64,000 bases of DNA from an uncultured delta proteobacterium (GCA_963782055.1 CAWAIF010000002.1:320001-384000), one strand, 5' to 3'. Counted from the stretch's first letter, positions 25,018 through 34,200 are shown. The notes: generated by a model from the letters alone, not told the origin. Numbers and translations: made by a program.

Positions 25018-26469
25018 ATGCGCTGGTCCATCGGCCTCTCGTCTGCGCTCGCCATCGGCATCACCTGCATCGCCGGTTGCGGTGACAGCTCCAGCGCGAA
25101 CGCCGACGGCGGGACGGACGGCGGGGGAGACGTGACGGTGGACGCGGGGCCTGACGCGCCGCCCGGGTGCGATCTCACCAAGGACCCGAAGGACTCCCCC
25201 GCGTGCGTGGACGACTCGGTGGGGATCTTCGTGGACGGGACGGCCGGGGACGACGGCAACGCGGGGACGAAGGAGAAGCCGGTGAAGACGATCGGCGCCG
25301 CGCTGAAGCTGACGAGCGCGCAGCAGGCGCGCGTGTACGTGTGCGAGGGGACGTACGCGGAGGACGTGGTGGTGGACGCGAGCCACGACGGGGTGTCCAT
25401 CTACGGCGGGTGGCGGTGCGCGGACTGGAGCTACAGCGGGACGAAGCCCATCGTGGGGGTGGGGACGATGGCGCTGAGGCTGGACGGGCTGACGAAGGCT
25501 GTGACCATCGAGGACATGGACTGGAAGTCGGCGGACGCGACGGCGGACGGCGGGTCGAGCATCGCGGCGTTCGTGAACGGCTGCGCGAACGTGACGCTGG
25601 TGAGGGACACGCTGGAAGCGGGCAAGGGCAAGGCCGGCGCGGCGGGGACGCTGACGAACTTCAACTACCCGGACCAGGCGACGCTGAACGGGAAGGACGC
25701 GTCGGGTATGACGGGTGGGCCGGCCAACGCGGTGAAGTGTCCGGCCGGCGACACGACGACGGGAGGCAAAGGCGGAGACAACGGCAGCACCGGCGACCCA
25801 GGTCTTCCAAGCCTAGGCGCAGGACAGGGGGGGACCCTGGCAGCTTGCGGTAGTGGCGGCTCAGGGAGTGACGGCGCTCCTGCATCGAAGGGACCGGATG
25901 GCTCGGCGCCGTCGGGGCTAGGTAGCCTTTCCAGTCAAGGATGGGCAAGCATGGCTGGCGGGGCGGCCAAAGCGGGTGGCCCCGGGCAAGGGGGTGGAGG
26001 TGGGCTTGGCTTCGGAGGCGGCGGTGGCGGCGGGGGCGGCGCGGGTGGGTGCGGCGGTGCCGGCGGTACCGGCGGCGGAGGCGGTGGAGCGAGCATCGCG
26101 CTGGTCGTGCTGTCGTCCACCGTCAGCATGACAACGAGCACGCTGCAGGCGGGCACGGCTGGCGCCGGAGGAGCAGGTGCCGCCGGGCAACCCGGGCAGG
26201 GCATCTACGGCTTTGGTGGAAACAAAACGGCTGGTGGCTGCCAGGGTGGCAACGGCGGCACCGGCGGAAACGGTGGTGCCGGAGGCGGCGGGGCGGGTGG
26301 CATCTCCGTCGGCGTGCTCTGGAAGGGCACCGCGGCGCCAACGCTTGACCCGTCAACGAACACCAACATCGTCTTCGCACAGCAGGGCGGCGCGAAGGGC
26401 ACCGGGGGCGCGCCCGGCACCAACGACGGCATCGACGGCGTCGCTCAGGCCGTGCTGGAAGTGAAGTAG
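25018..26469 (+). CDS. Gly-rich lipoprotein R5 (body type Y)
   Basis: Signal peptide as R2 (MRWSIGLSSAL), central cassette identical to R3, distinct second variable block. Confidence 0.88.
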   Translation: MRWSIGLSSALAIGITCIAGCGDSSSANADGGTDGGGDVTVDAGPDAPPGCDLTKDPKDSPACVDDSVGIFVDGTAGDDGNAGTKEKPVKTIGAALKLTSAQQARVYVCEGTYAEDVVVDASHDGVSIYGGWRCADWSYSGTKPIVGVGTMALRLDGLTKAVTIEDMDWKSADATADGGSSIAAFVNGCANVTLVRDTLEAGKGKAGAAGTLTNFNYPDQATLNGKDASGMTGGPANAVKCPAGDTTTGGKGGDNGSTGDPGLPSLGAGQGGTLAACGSGGSGSDGAPASKGPDGSAPSGLGSLSSQGWASMAGGAAKAGGPGQGGGGGLGFGGGGGGGGGAGGCGGAGGTGGGGGGASIALVVLSSTVSMTTSTLQAGTAGAGGAGAAGQPGQGIYGFGGNKTAGGCQGGNGGTGGNGGAGGGGAGGISVGVLWKGTAAPTLDPSTNTNIVFAQQGGAKGTGGAPGTNDGIDGVAQAVLEVK

Positions 26470-26472
26470 CGC

Positions 26473-26991
26473 TCAGGGGCAGTCGGCCAGCCGCGCGTCG
26501 ACCTCGAGCATGCGCGGGTGGCGCTCGCCCTTGCCCTCGGCGACGAGGGTCGCGCGGTCGCGTCGCAGCGCGGCGCACTCCTCCGCGCTCGGAGGGGGCA
26601 TGGGCTTCGAGTCCCCGCAGAGCGCCAGCTTGGCGGCGGCGACCACCATCTCCGGATGGGCAGGCCCGTATCCGCGCGCCACCATCGCCTCGCGATCGCG
26701 CAGCACGCGCGCGCACGCCTCCGCCGAGGGCGTGCGGTCCTGACACTTCGCGAGGGCCGCCTCCACCTCCAGCACCTCCGGGTGCCGCTCGCCCTTGCCA
26801 CGCGCGCGCAGCTCGGCGCGGTCGAGCGCGAGATCGCCGCAGCTCTCGCCCTGGTGGCTGGGCGCGATCACGATGGGCGCCGGGCCCGCCGGGCGGGGCG
26901 GGGGCAGGACCGCGACGACGACGGTACGCTGCGGGGGCGCGTGGGCGCACGCGACCATGCACAGCGCAACGATCGAGACGGCGAGCCTCAC
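26473..26991 (-). CDS. Lipoprotein with three 33-aa Cys-bracketed 'G-x-G-x-x-HP' repeats
   Basis: GTG 26991 overlapping the upstream TGA; MRLAVSIVALCMVAC lipobox; three 99-nt repeat units. Confidence 0.7.
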   Translation of the reverse strand: MRLAVSIVALCMVACAHAPPQRTVVVAVLPPPRPAGPAPIVIAPSHQGESCGDLALDRAELRARGKGERHPEVLEVEAALAKCQDRTPSAEACARVLRDREAMVARGYGPAHPEMVVAAAKLALCGDSKPMPPPSAEECAALRRDRATLVAEGKGERHPRMLEVDARLADCP

Positions 26992-27524
26992 TGCAGCAAC
27001 AGCCCTTCGCCCGCCCCGCAGCGAGCGACCAGCGCCGCGAGCGCGCTCATGAGCGCCGTCACGCCGGCCACCTCCCACGCGCCGCGCGTCTTCTCCAGCG
27101 CCTCCCCCAGCGCGGCGATCTCGCCCGGCGCGACGAGGCTCGGTCCCTGGTCGGCGAGCCAGGCAGGGAGCCCGTGGTCGGGGGCGAACACCTCGCGGAT
27201 CACCGCGGCGGCGCTCGCGTCCTCCGCCGAGCCTGCGAGCGCCCCCAGCAGCTTCGCGGGCGCGTCCTCCACGTCCAGGTTCTCCAGCCTGTCGCGCTCC
27301 AGGGCGAGGGCGAGGGCCTCCGCACCGCCGGCGATGAAGCGCTCGCCCTTGCCGAACCAGAGCAGCTTTTTCTTGCGCTCGACCTTGAGGCCCTCGATCT
27401 GTCGCTCGCGCAGCAGGCCCTCGAGCGGCGTCATCGCCTCGTACTCGCGCGCCTTCTCGAACGCGGCGAGCAAGCGCTCCGCGTGCGTCCAGGGAATGCG
27501 ATCGACCGAACCGACCAGCGCCAT
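26988..27524 (-). CDS. Hypothetical protein
   Basis: ORF directly downstream of trxA with typical codon usage. Confidence 0.6.
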   Translation of the reverse strand: MALVGSVDRIPWTHAERLLAAFEKAREYEAMTPLEGLLRERQIEGLKVERKKKLLWFGKGERFIAGGAEALALALERDRLENLDVEDAPAKLLGALAGSAEDASAAAVIREVFAPDHGLPAWLADQGPSLVAPGEIAALGEALEKTRGAWEVAGVTALMSALAALVARCGAGEGLLLQ

Positions 27525-27540
27525 GCGCCGCGAGCGTACG

Positions 27541-27861
27541 TCAGGCGGGGAGCATCTTCAGCAGCGTGGCGGCGTTGGTCACGCCCACGTGCTGGCCAAC
27601 CTTCTCCCCCGCGGCGAACGCCAGGACCGTCGGCACGCCGCGGATGCCATAACGCTGCGCGAGGGTGGGCGCCTGGTCGATGTCGACCTTCACCACCTTG
27701 TACTTGCCCTCCGCCTTGTCGGCGAGCTGGTCGATGACGGGAGCGAGCGCCTTGCAGGGGCCGCACCAGGTGGCGGTGAAATCGACGAGCACCGGCTGCT
27801 CGGCCTCGAGGACCTCGCTCTGGAAGGCCTTGTCGTCGACGTAGGGGACTTTGCCGCTCAT
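27541..27861 (-). CDS. trxA: Thioredoxin
   Basis: VLVDFTATWCGPC, GIRGVPT; AAGGAG RBS upstream. Confidence 0.96.
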   Translation of the reverse strand: MSGKVPYVDDKAFQSEVLEAEQPVLVDFTATWCGPCKALAPVIDQLADKAEGKYKVVKVDIDQAPTLAQRYGIRGVPTVLAFAAGEKVGQHVGVTNAATLLKMLPA

Positions 27862-28167
27862 GGGATGACTACTCCTTGTCGGGGATCAGATGCTCCATAG
27901 CACCGTCTTGTGGTGAGTGTCGCGGTCTGCCGGGCTGCTGGCAGAAGGGGCAAGGTGAGCACGCCAACCATCGGTGTCGAGGGCTCGCGGCGCCCGGCGG
28001 CCTCGCGCTCCCGGTGCCTTCATCGGATGGGCTCCCGCCGGAAGGTTGGCAGGCGAACGATCCGCCACGCGCCCCCCCGCCGGACCCCCCCGCCGGAGGA
28101 GGGAACGGCCGTTCAGCCTCCCCGCGGACTTGCGCGGCGAGGGCCGGCCGGCTAGGTTTCGCCGCCC

Positions 28168-28410
28168 ATGGCCCGAGTCACCGTTGAAGACTGCCTCGAG
28201 CGCGAAGAGAACCGCTTCGCCCTCGTCATCCTTGCCGCCCACCGCACGCGCCAGCTCATGAAGGGCGCCGTCCCGCTGGTGCACTCCAAGAACAAGGCCG
28301 CCGTCACGGCCCTGCGGGAGATCGCCGCGGGTCGGGTCCACTACGACCGGACGACCAACGAGGCGGTGCAAGACTGGATCGACGCCCAGCGGCGCGCCGG
28401 CGTGATCTGA
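28168..28410 (+). CDS. rpoZ: RNA polymerase omega subunit
   Basis: [10 protein letters not shown]...[16 protein letters not shown]...[13 protein letters not shown]. Confidence 0.96.
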   Translation: MARVTVEDCLEREENRFALVILAAHRTRQLMKGAVPLVHSKNKAAVTALREIAAGRVHYDRTTNEAVQDWIDAQRRAGVI

Positions 28411-28444
28411 GAGGGCGCCCGGCCCCGCGCATCCGGCGGGAGCG

Positions 28445-29257
28445 GTGAGCCGGGGCACGTCGGTGGACTGCGAGCTCGTCGCGGGGTCGACCGCGCACTA
28501 CGAGGACCCTGCCTACTACACCGCGACGTACCGCGCGCGGATGGCGGACGTCGCCCATTATGTGCAGCTTGCACGGAAGTGGGGAGGGCCGGTGCTGGAG
28601 TACGGCGTCGGCAACGGGCGCGTGGCCGTCCCCATCGCGCGGCACGGCGTGCGCGTGGTGGGCGTGGATCACTCCGCGCCGATGCTCGCCGACCTGCGGC
28701 GTCGTCTCCGGAAGGAGCCGCCGGAGGTCGCGCGCCGCGTGACCCTGCGCCGCGGGGACATGCGCCGGGTGCGGCTCGGCCGGCGCTTCCGGCTCGTCCT
28801 CGCGCCCTTCAACACACTGCTGCACCTGTACACGCGCGCCGACGTGGAGGCGTTCCTCGCGCGCGCGCGCGAGCACCTGGCGCCCGGCGGCCGCTTCGCG
28901 ATGGACCTGTCGATGCCGATGCCGGAGGACCTCGCGCGGGATCCCGCGCGGGCCCATCACGCCCCGCGCTTCAGGCATCCCACGGCGGGCGTGGTCCGGT
29001 ACCGCGAGTACTTCGACTACGATCGGCTGCGGCAGGTGCTCTTCGTGTCCATGGAGTTCGAGCCCATCAAGGACCCGGGCGCCGCCTTCGCCACGCCCCT
29101 CACCCACCGGCAGTTCTTCCCGCAGGAGTGGGAGGCGCTGCTTCACTACAACGGCTTCGCGATCGAGAGCGCGAGCGGCGACTTCGGCGGCGGTCCGCTG
29201 GACCGCGCGAGCGAGGTGATGGTGCTCGTCGCCCGGCGCCGGAGGGGCTTCCGGTGA
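28445..29257 (+). CDS. Class I SAM-dependent methyltransferase
   Basis: VLEYGVGNGRV, VGVDHSAPML, RGDMR, APFNTLLH. Confidence 0.88.
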   Translation: MSRGTSVDCELVAGSTAHYEDPAYYTATYRARMADVAHYVQLARKWGGPVLEYGVGNGRVAVPIARHGVRVVGVDHSAPMLADLRRRLRKEPPEVARRVTLRRGDMRRVRLGRRFRLVLAPFNTLLHLYTRADVEAFLARAREHLAPGGRFAMDLSMPMPEDLARDPARAHHAPRFRHPTAGVVRYREYFDYDRLRQVLFVSMEFEPIKDPGAAFATPLTHRQFFPQEWEALLHYNGFAIESASGDFGGGPLDRASEVMVLVARRRRGFR

Positions 29258-29955
29258 CGGGGTCGGTCGCGGAAACACTCGCCGGCGTGCGCGCGCGCAT
29301 CGACGCGGCGGCTCGCGCGGCCGGCCGGGATCCGGCGAGCGTGCGGCTGGTCGCGGTCACCAAGACCCACCCACCCGACACGATCCGCGAGGCGTACGCG
29401 GCGGGGCAGCGCCTCTTCGGGGAGAGCTACGCGCAGGAGCTGGAGGCGAAGGCGAAGGCGCTCGCCGACCTCCCCGACCTCGAGTGGCACTTCATCGGCC
29501 ACCTGCAGACGAACAAGGCGAAGGTGGTGGCGCGCGCCGCGCACTGGACGCACGCGGTGGACAGCCCCGCGCTGGCGCGGGAGCTGGGCAAGCGCGTCGC
29601 GTCCGCCGGCCGCCCGGTGATGCCGGTGCTGGTGGAGGTGAAGCTGAGCCGCGAGCCGCACAAGCACGGCGCGCTGCCGGAGGAGCTGGAGGAGACGCTC
29701 GGCGCGGTGGAGGCGGAGCCCTCGCTCTCGCTGCGAGGGCTCATGACCATCCCGGAGCTCGGCCCCGTCGAGGTCGCGCGGGGAGCGTTCGAGACGCTCG
29801 CCTCGCTGCGCAACCTCCACGGGGGAGCGGCCCGGCTGCCCGAGCTCTCGATGGGCATGACGCACGACTTCGAGGTCGCCATCGCGTCCGGAGCGACCCT
29901 GGTGCGGGTGGGGACGGCGATCTTCGGGGAGCGGGAGTACCCCCCATCTGCCTGA
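29254..29955 (+). CDS. yggS: YggS-family PLP homeostasis protein
   Basis: LVAVTKT, FGESYAQE, WHFIGHLQTNK, LSMGMTHDFEVAI, VRVGTAIFG. Confidence 0.95.
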   Translation: MTGSVAETLAGVRARIDAAARAAGRDPASVRLVAVTKTHPPDTIREAYAAGQRLFGESYAQELEAKAKALADLPDLEWHFIGHLQTNKAKVVARAAHWTHAVDSPALARELGKRVASAGRPVMPVLVEVKLSREPHKHGALPEELEETLGAVEAEPSLSLRGLMTIPELGPVEVARGAFETLASLRNLHGGAARLPELSMGMTHDFEVAIASGATLVRVGTAIFGEREYPPSA

Positions 29956-30002
29956 TTCCGGCCACCTGGGGCAGACCGTTAGCGTGAGCATGGTCCCCGC
30001 GT

Positions 30003-31913
30003 TCAGCGGCGCAGGAGCCGCGCGAGCCACCCGCGCGCCCCGGCCGCCGGAGGGTCCGGCCGTCGCATGCGCTCGCGCAGCGCGACGTTCTCCGCGTCGT
30101 CCGGGGCGGCCGCCAGCGCCCGCTCGAGCAGACGCTCCGCCTCGCCCTGCTCCCCGCCCCTGAAGAGCGCCCCGGCGAGCCGGCCCAGCGCGCGGGGCGT
30201 GTCGCCTTCCAGCGCGCGCGCCCGCCGGCCGTGCACGACCGCCGCGTCGTGCTCGCCGATCGTGGAGAGCACCGCGCACAGCTCCAGGTGCGCCGACCCC
30301 GCGCCCGGCGCCAGGCGCGTCGCCCGCTCCAGGTGCTCGCGCGCGCGCTCGGGCTGCTCGGCGCGCGCCGCCGCCACGCCCGCCGCCAGCCACGCGGGCC
30401 AGGAACCGTGCTCCTCGGCCAGGCGCCGCGCGCGCGCCTCGATGGCCTCCAGCGCCGCGGCGGCCACCGGCGCCTCCCGCGCGGCGCGCAGCGCCGTCTG
30501 CACCGCGAGGGCGGCCGCCGGGTCGCGGATGGTCAGCCGCATGCGCTGGGCCTCCGCCGCCGCGGGCGTGTGCGACATGGAGAGCTCGACCTGACGCAGC
30601 CGGTCCTCCGCGGCCGCGGTCTCGCCCAGCTCCGCGAGGGCGCGGGCGCAGGTGAGGGCGGCCACCGCGTCCTCCGGAACGCGCTCCAGGATCGTCCGGC
30701 AGAGGGCGACGACGCGCGAGGCGCGGGCGATGCCCGGCGGCTCGACGGAGAGGGCGAGCTCGATGGCGCGCCGGAGCGTCTCGGGGGGCGCGGGCGTGAG
30801 GGCGAGGGCGTGGTCGACCAGGACCTGCGCGGCGGCGACGTCCTCGTGGTCCATGGCGACGGTGGCCAGGTTGGCGAACGCGGCGGAGTGGGCCGGCACG
30901 ATCGCCAGCACGCGCTCCCACTGATCGCGCGCGGAGAGGCGGTCACCGCGGGTCGCCAGCACGATGCCGTGCTCGTTGAGCAGCATGGCGTCCGGCTCCG
31001 TCTGACGGTCGATGCCGCAGGCGCACGCGTCGAGCGCGCCGTCGAGGTCCTGCTGCAGGCGTCGCGCCTCCGAGAGCAGCGCGTAGGGGCGACCGCGGGC
31101 GGGCGCGAGCTCGATCGCGCGGCTCGCCCACCCTTCGGCGACGGGGGCATCGTCCGCGCGCAGGGCGAGGGCGGCGGTGGCCTCCAGCAGCTCGACGCGG
31201 CCGGGGGCGTCGTCGCACGCACGGGCCAGGGCGCGACGCGCGGCCTCCGCGATGCCGTCGTGTGGGGTGGGCGCGGAGGCGAGCTCCATCGCGACCGCGG
31301 CGAGGCGGACGGCGGGGAAGGACGCCTCCGGCGCGTCACCGACGGCCCGCCCGAGGTGCAGCAGCGCGGAGAGGCAGTCCTGATGGGAGGCGCGATGCGA
31401 GCCGCGGGCGATGCAGCGCTCCGCCTGCAGCACGCTCTCCAGCGCGTCCCAGCCGAGCTCCTCGATCTGTCGAAGGGCGCCGAGGTCGCCGCCGACGTCG
31501 TGGCAGACGCGGTCGAGGGCGGCGACCAGCGAGCGGCCGGCCATGGGGCCGTCGAGCAGCGCCTCGCTCTTGCTGCGCGCCGAGCCGTCGTGGGGGTCGA
31601 AGGCGACGAGCTCCAGCATGCCGCGCCCCTCCGTGGGCGGCTCGAAGGCGCCGGTCAGCACGAGGGTGACGCCGCTCGGGGTCTCGGCGGCGCCCGGCAG
31701 CTCCTTCCAGGCGTGGGGCGGCACGAAGGCCTCGACGGCCGTCGCCGTGCCGCGGTCGTCCTGGGGGCGCGCGAAGAGCTGGGCGAGCGCGACGCCGCCC
31801 TCGCCGATGCGCGCAAAGGTGTGGACCAGGGCGGCGAGCCCCACGCCCAGGCCGCGGCCGCTGTCCGGAACGCCGAACGGGATGACCACCGCGCGGGCGT
31901 CCGGCGTCTTCAT
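30003..31913 (-). CDS. TPR-repeat protein
   Basis: From ATG 31913 (MKTPDARAVVIPF); multiple TPR-like A...P helical repeats. Confidence 0.75.
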   Translation of the reverse strand: MKTPDARAVVIPFGVPDSGRGLGVGLAALVHTFARIGEGGVALAQLFARPQDDRGTATAVEAFVPPHAWKELPGAAETPSGVTLVLTGAFEPPTEGRGMLELVAFDPHDGSARSKSEALLDGPMAGRSLVAALDRVCHDVGGDLGALRQIEELGWDALESVLQAERCIARGSHRASHQDCLSALLHLGRAVGDAPEASFPAVRLAAVAMELASAPTPHDGIAEAARRALARACDDAPGRVELLEATAALALRADDAPVAEGWASRAIELAPARGRPYALLSEARRLQQDLDGALDACACGIDRQTEPDAMLLNEHGIVLATRGDRLSARDQWERVLAIVPAHSAAFANLATVAMDHEDVAAAQVLVDHALALTPAPPETLRRAIELALSVEPPGIARASRVVALCRTILERVPEDAVAALTCARALAELGETAAAEDRLRQVELSMSHTPAAAEAQRMRLTIRDPAAALAVQTALRAAREAPVAAAALEAIEARARRLAEEHGSWPAWLAAGVAAARAEQPERAREHLERATRLAPGAGSAHLELCAVLSTIGEHDAAVVHGRRARALEGDTPRALGRLAGALFRGGEQGEAERLLERALAAAPDDAENVALRERMRRPDPPAAGARGWLARLLRR

Positions 31914-32788
31914 CAGTTGTTCCCGCGCGGGTTGAAGGTGATGCGCGCGAGGACCGAGCCGCGACCGCCCACCGGCGGCGGTAGGGAGAGCTTCTGCATG
32001 ACGGTGGCGGCGCAGCGCAGCAGGTCCTGATCGCCGCCCCACGGGTCGACGTGGGAGTCGGTGACGTTGCCGTGCGCGTCGAGCTTCATGTCGAACATGC
32101 CCCACGCCTCCACCGGCTTGTTGAAGCGCCTGGCCTCGTCAAGGCACTGGTGAAACTCGGGGCGAAGGGCCTCGAGCGCGACGTAGGCGGAGGCGGTGTA
32201 GGCGTCGCCGCGGTCGGGGTCGAAGTCCGGGCCGGAGCGCGGGACGAAGGACGCCGGGATGACCACGGTGTCCTTGCCGCCGGGGGGCGGGGCGAAGCGC
32301 AGCTGCTTGGCCTCGTCGTGCATGCACGCGAGCACCTCGTGGGAGACGCCGCACGCGCCGTAGCTCTCCACCTTGGCCACGCGGCCATCCGGCCCGACGC
32401 GCGCCACGATCGCCACGTGCCCGAACTGCCCCGGCGCGTGGATGAGACCGCGGTGGTAGCAGCTCCGGAACGCGGCGCGCGTGCGGTCCGCCGCCTGCTC
32501 GGTGTTGCTGCGGCCCAGGCCGCCCGCGGCGATGGCGGGCTGGTCGGGGGGAGGTGCGTCCTGCGACGACGCGGGGGGCGGGGTCCAGTCGGGCAGGGGT
32601 GGCAGCCACTCCTGGCCCAGCTCGCCCGGCGGCGGGCAGGAGGTGAAGCGGTCGATGCCGTCGGAGTGAATCTCGAAGTCGGCGATCTCGACGCTGGTGC
32701 CCGGCCGCGACGGCGGCACTGGTGGCCGGTCACTCCCCCCGCACGAAAGCATCAGCACTGTGATGCAAGTAAGGATGACCGTCCGCAT
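31913..32788 (-). CDS. Lipoprotein with two AgmX/PglI (TonB-C-like) domains
   Basis: Lipobox MLSC; two FRSCY...G.V...VGPDGRV...C...LRFAPP-type units. Confidence 0.7.
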   Translation of the reverse strand: MRTVILTCITVLMLSCGGSDRPPVPPSRPGTSVEIADFEIHSDGIDRFTSCPPPGELGQEWLPPLPDWTPPPASSQDAPPPDQPAIAAGGLGRSNTEQAADRTRAAFRSCYHRGLIHAPGQFGHVAIVARVGPDGRVAKVESYGACGVSHEVLACMHDEAKQLRFAPPPGGKDTVVIPASFVPRSGPDFDPDRGDAYTASAYVALEALRPEFHQCLDEARRFNKPVEAWGMFDMKLDAHGNVTDSHVDPWGGDQDLLRCAATVMQKLSLPPPVGGRGSVLARITFNPRGNN

Positions 32789-32817
32789 GCCTCCTTGGCC
32801 CCGCCTATACTCCGCCC

Positions 32818-34200
32818 GTGGCACGCAACGCAAAGTCGGGGATGTCGACGCCGCGGGAGACCCTCTTTTCCCACGCGTCGCGCGACGCGCAAGGGTCGGC
32901 GAGGCCCCCCCTCGCCGAGCGGATGCGCCCGTCGCGCTTCGAGGACTTCGTCGGACAGGCGCATCTCGTCGCCGAGCGGCGCTTTTTGGCCGAGGCCATC
33001 AAGAACGACCGGGTGCCCTCCATGGTGCTCTGGGGCCCGCCGGGGTCGGGCAAGACCACCCTCGGGCGCATCATCGCCGAGCAGACGAAGGCGGTGTTCG
33101 TGCCCTTCTCCGCCGTGCTCGGCAGCCTGGCCGAGCTGCGCGGCATCGTGGCCGAGGCGCGGGAGCGGCGCGACTACCAGGGCTGCCGCACCATCGTCTT
33201 CGTCGACGAGATCCACAGGTTCAACAAGGCGCAGCAGGACGCCTTTCTTCCCCACGTCGAGGCGGGGACCATCACCCTCATCGGCGCCACCACCGAGAAC
33301 CCGTCCTTCGCGGTCAACGCCGCCCTCCTCTCCCGCTGCAAGGTCTTTCGCCTGGAGGCCCTGGCGCCCGCCGACCTGGTCCGGGTGCTGGCGCGGGCCC
33401 TGACCGACGAGGCGTCGGGCCTCGGTACGCTGGGTCTCTCGGCCGCCCCGGAGGCGCTGGAGGCCGTCGCCCAGGACGCCCGCGGGGACGCGCGGCGCGC
33501 CCTCAACACCCTGGAGCTGGTCGCCGAGCACGCCCGGAGCGAGGGGCGCGACGCCGTCGACCTGGAGGCGGTGCAGGCGGCGCACGCGCACGCCCCGCTC
33601 CTCTACGACAAGGCGGGCGAGGAGCACTACAACGTCGTCAGCGCCTTCATCAAATCGATGCGCGGCTCCGACCCCGACGCCGCGGTCTACTGGATGATGC
33701 GGATGCTGGAGGCCGGCGACGACCCGCTCTTCGTCGCGCGCCGCATGATCATCTTCGCCAGCGAGGACGTGGGCAACGCCGACGCCCGCGCGCTGCTCGT
33801 CGCCAATGCCGCCGACCAGGCCTTCCGGCGCCTGGGCATGCCGGAGGGCATCTACCCGCTCGCGCACGCGGCGCTGTACCTGGCGTGCGCGCCCAAGTCG
33901 AACGCGGTGAAGAACGCCTGGCAGCGGGCGCGCGCGGCCATCGAGGCGCGCGGGGCGCTCGGCGTGCCGATGAAGCTGCGCAACGCCGTCACGAGGCTGA
34001 TGAAGGAGGAGGGCTACGGCCAGGGCTACCGGTACGCCCACGACCACGAGGGCGGGGTGGTTGCCGGCGAGACTTACCTGCCCGACGAGCTCGCCGGGGA
34101 GAGGTTCTACGAGCCGACCGAGCGCGGCGAGGAGGCGCGGATGAAGGCCCGCGTGGAGGCGCTGCGCGCGGGGCGCGTGGGGACGCCGGAGAAGAAGTGA
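32818..34200 (+). CDS. rarA: Replication-associated recombination protein A (MgsA/RarA)
   Basis: PLAERMRP, WGPPGSGKTT, DEIHRFNKAQQD, GATTENP, SAFIKSMRGSDPDAA; start GTG 32818 or ATG 32842. Confidence 0.96.
   Translation: MARNAKSGMSTPRETLFSHASRDAQGSARPPLAERMRPSRFEDFVGQAHLVAERRFLAEAIKNDRVPSMVLWGPPGSGKTTLGRIIAEQTKAVFVPFSAVLGSLAELRGIVAEARERRDYQGCRTIVFVDEIHRFNKAQQDAFLPHVEAGTITLIGATTENPSFAVNAALLSRCKVFRLEALAPADLVRVLARALTDEASGLGTLGLSAAPEALEAVAQDARGDARRALNTLELVAEHARSEGRDAVDLEAVQAAHAHAPLLYDKAGEEHYNVVSAFIKSMRGSDPDAAVYWMMRMLEAGDDPLFVARRMIIFASEDVGNADARALLVANAADQAFRRLGMPEGIYPLAHAALYLACAPKSNAVKNAWQRARAAIEARGALGVPMKLRNAVTRLMKEEGYGQGYRYAHDHEGGVVAGETYLPDELAGERFYEPTERGEEARMKARVEALRAGRVGTPEKK

Larger units (their letters stand above)
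19067..26469 (+). repeat. Mosaic direct-repeat array; ~60-bp shared linker at 19067-19126, 20602-20661, 22099-22158, 23547-23609 and 25097-25156
   Basis: CGAACGCCGACGGCGGGACGGACGGCGGGGGAGACGTGACGGTGGACGCGGGGCCGGACG (NADGGTDGGGDVTVDAGPD) in all five genes with minor variants; ~19067-21140 recurs at ~23547-25640. Confidence 0.92.

Noticed and set aside
19067..25156. CRISPR-like array (regularly spaced 60-bp repeat)
   Set aside because: Spacing is ~1.5 kb, repeats lie inside coding frames, and there are no cas genes.
14121..26469. True mycobacterial PE-PGRS genes
   Set aside because: No PE domain; the proteins have lipoboxes and DUF1565-like N-termini, so the similarity is only glycine richness.
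28030..28050. SRP RNA suggested by CCGGAAGG
   Set aside because: The flanking TCAGG...AAGCAGC consensus is absent.
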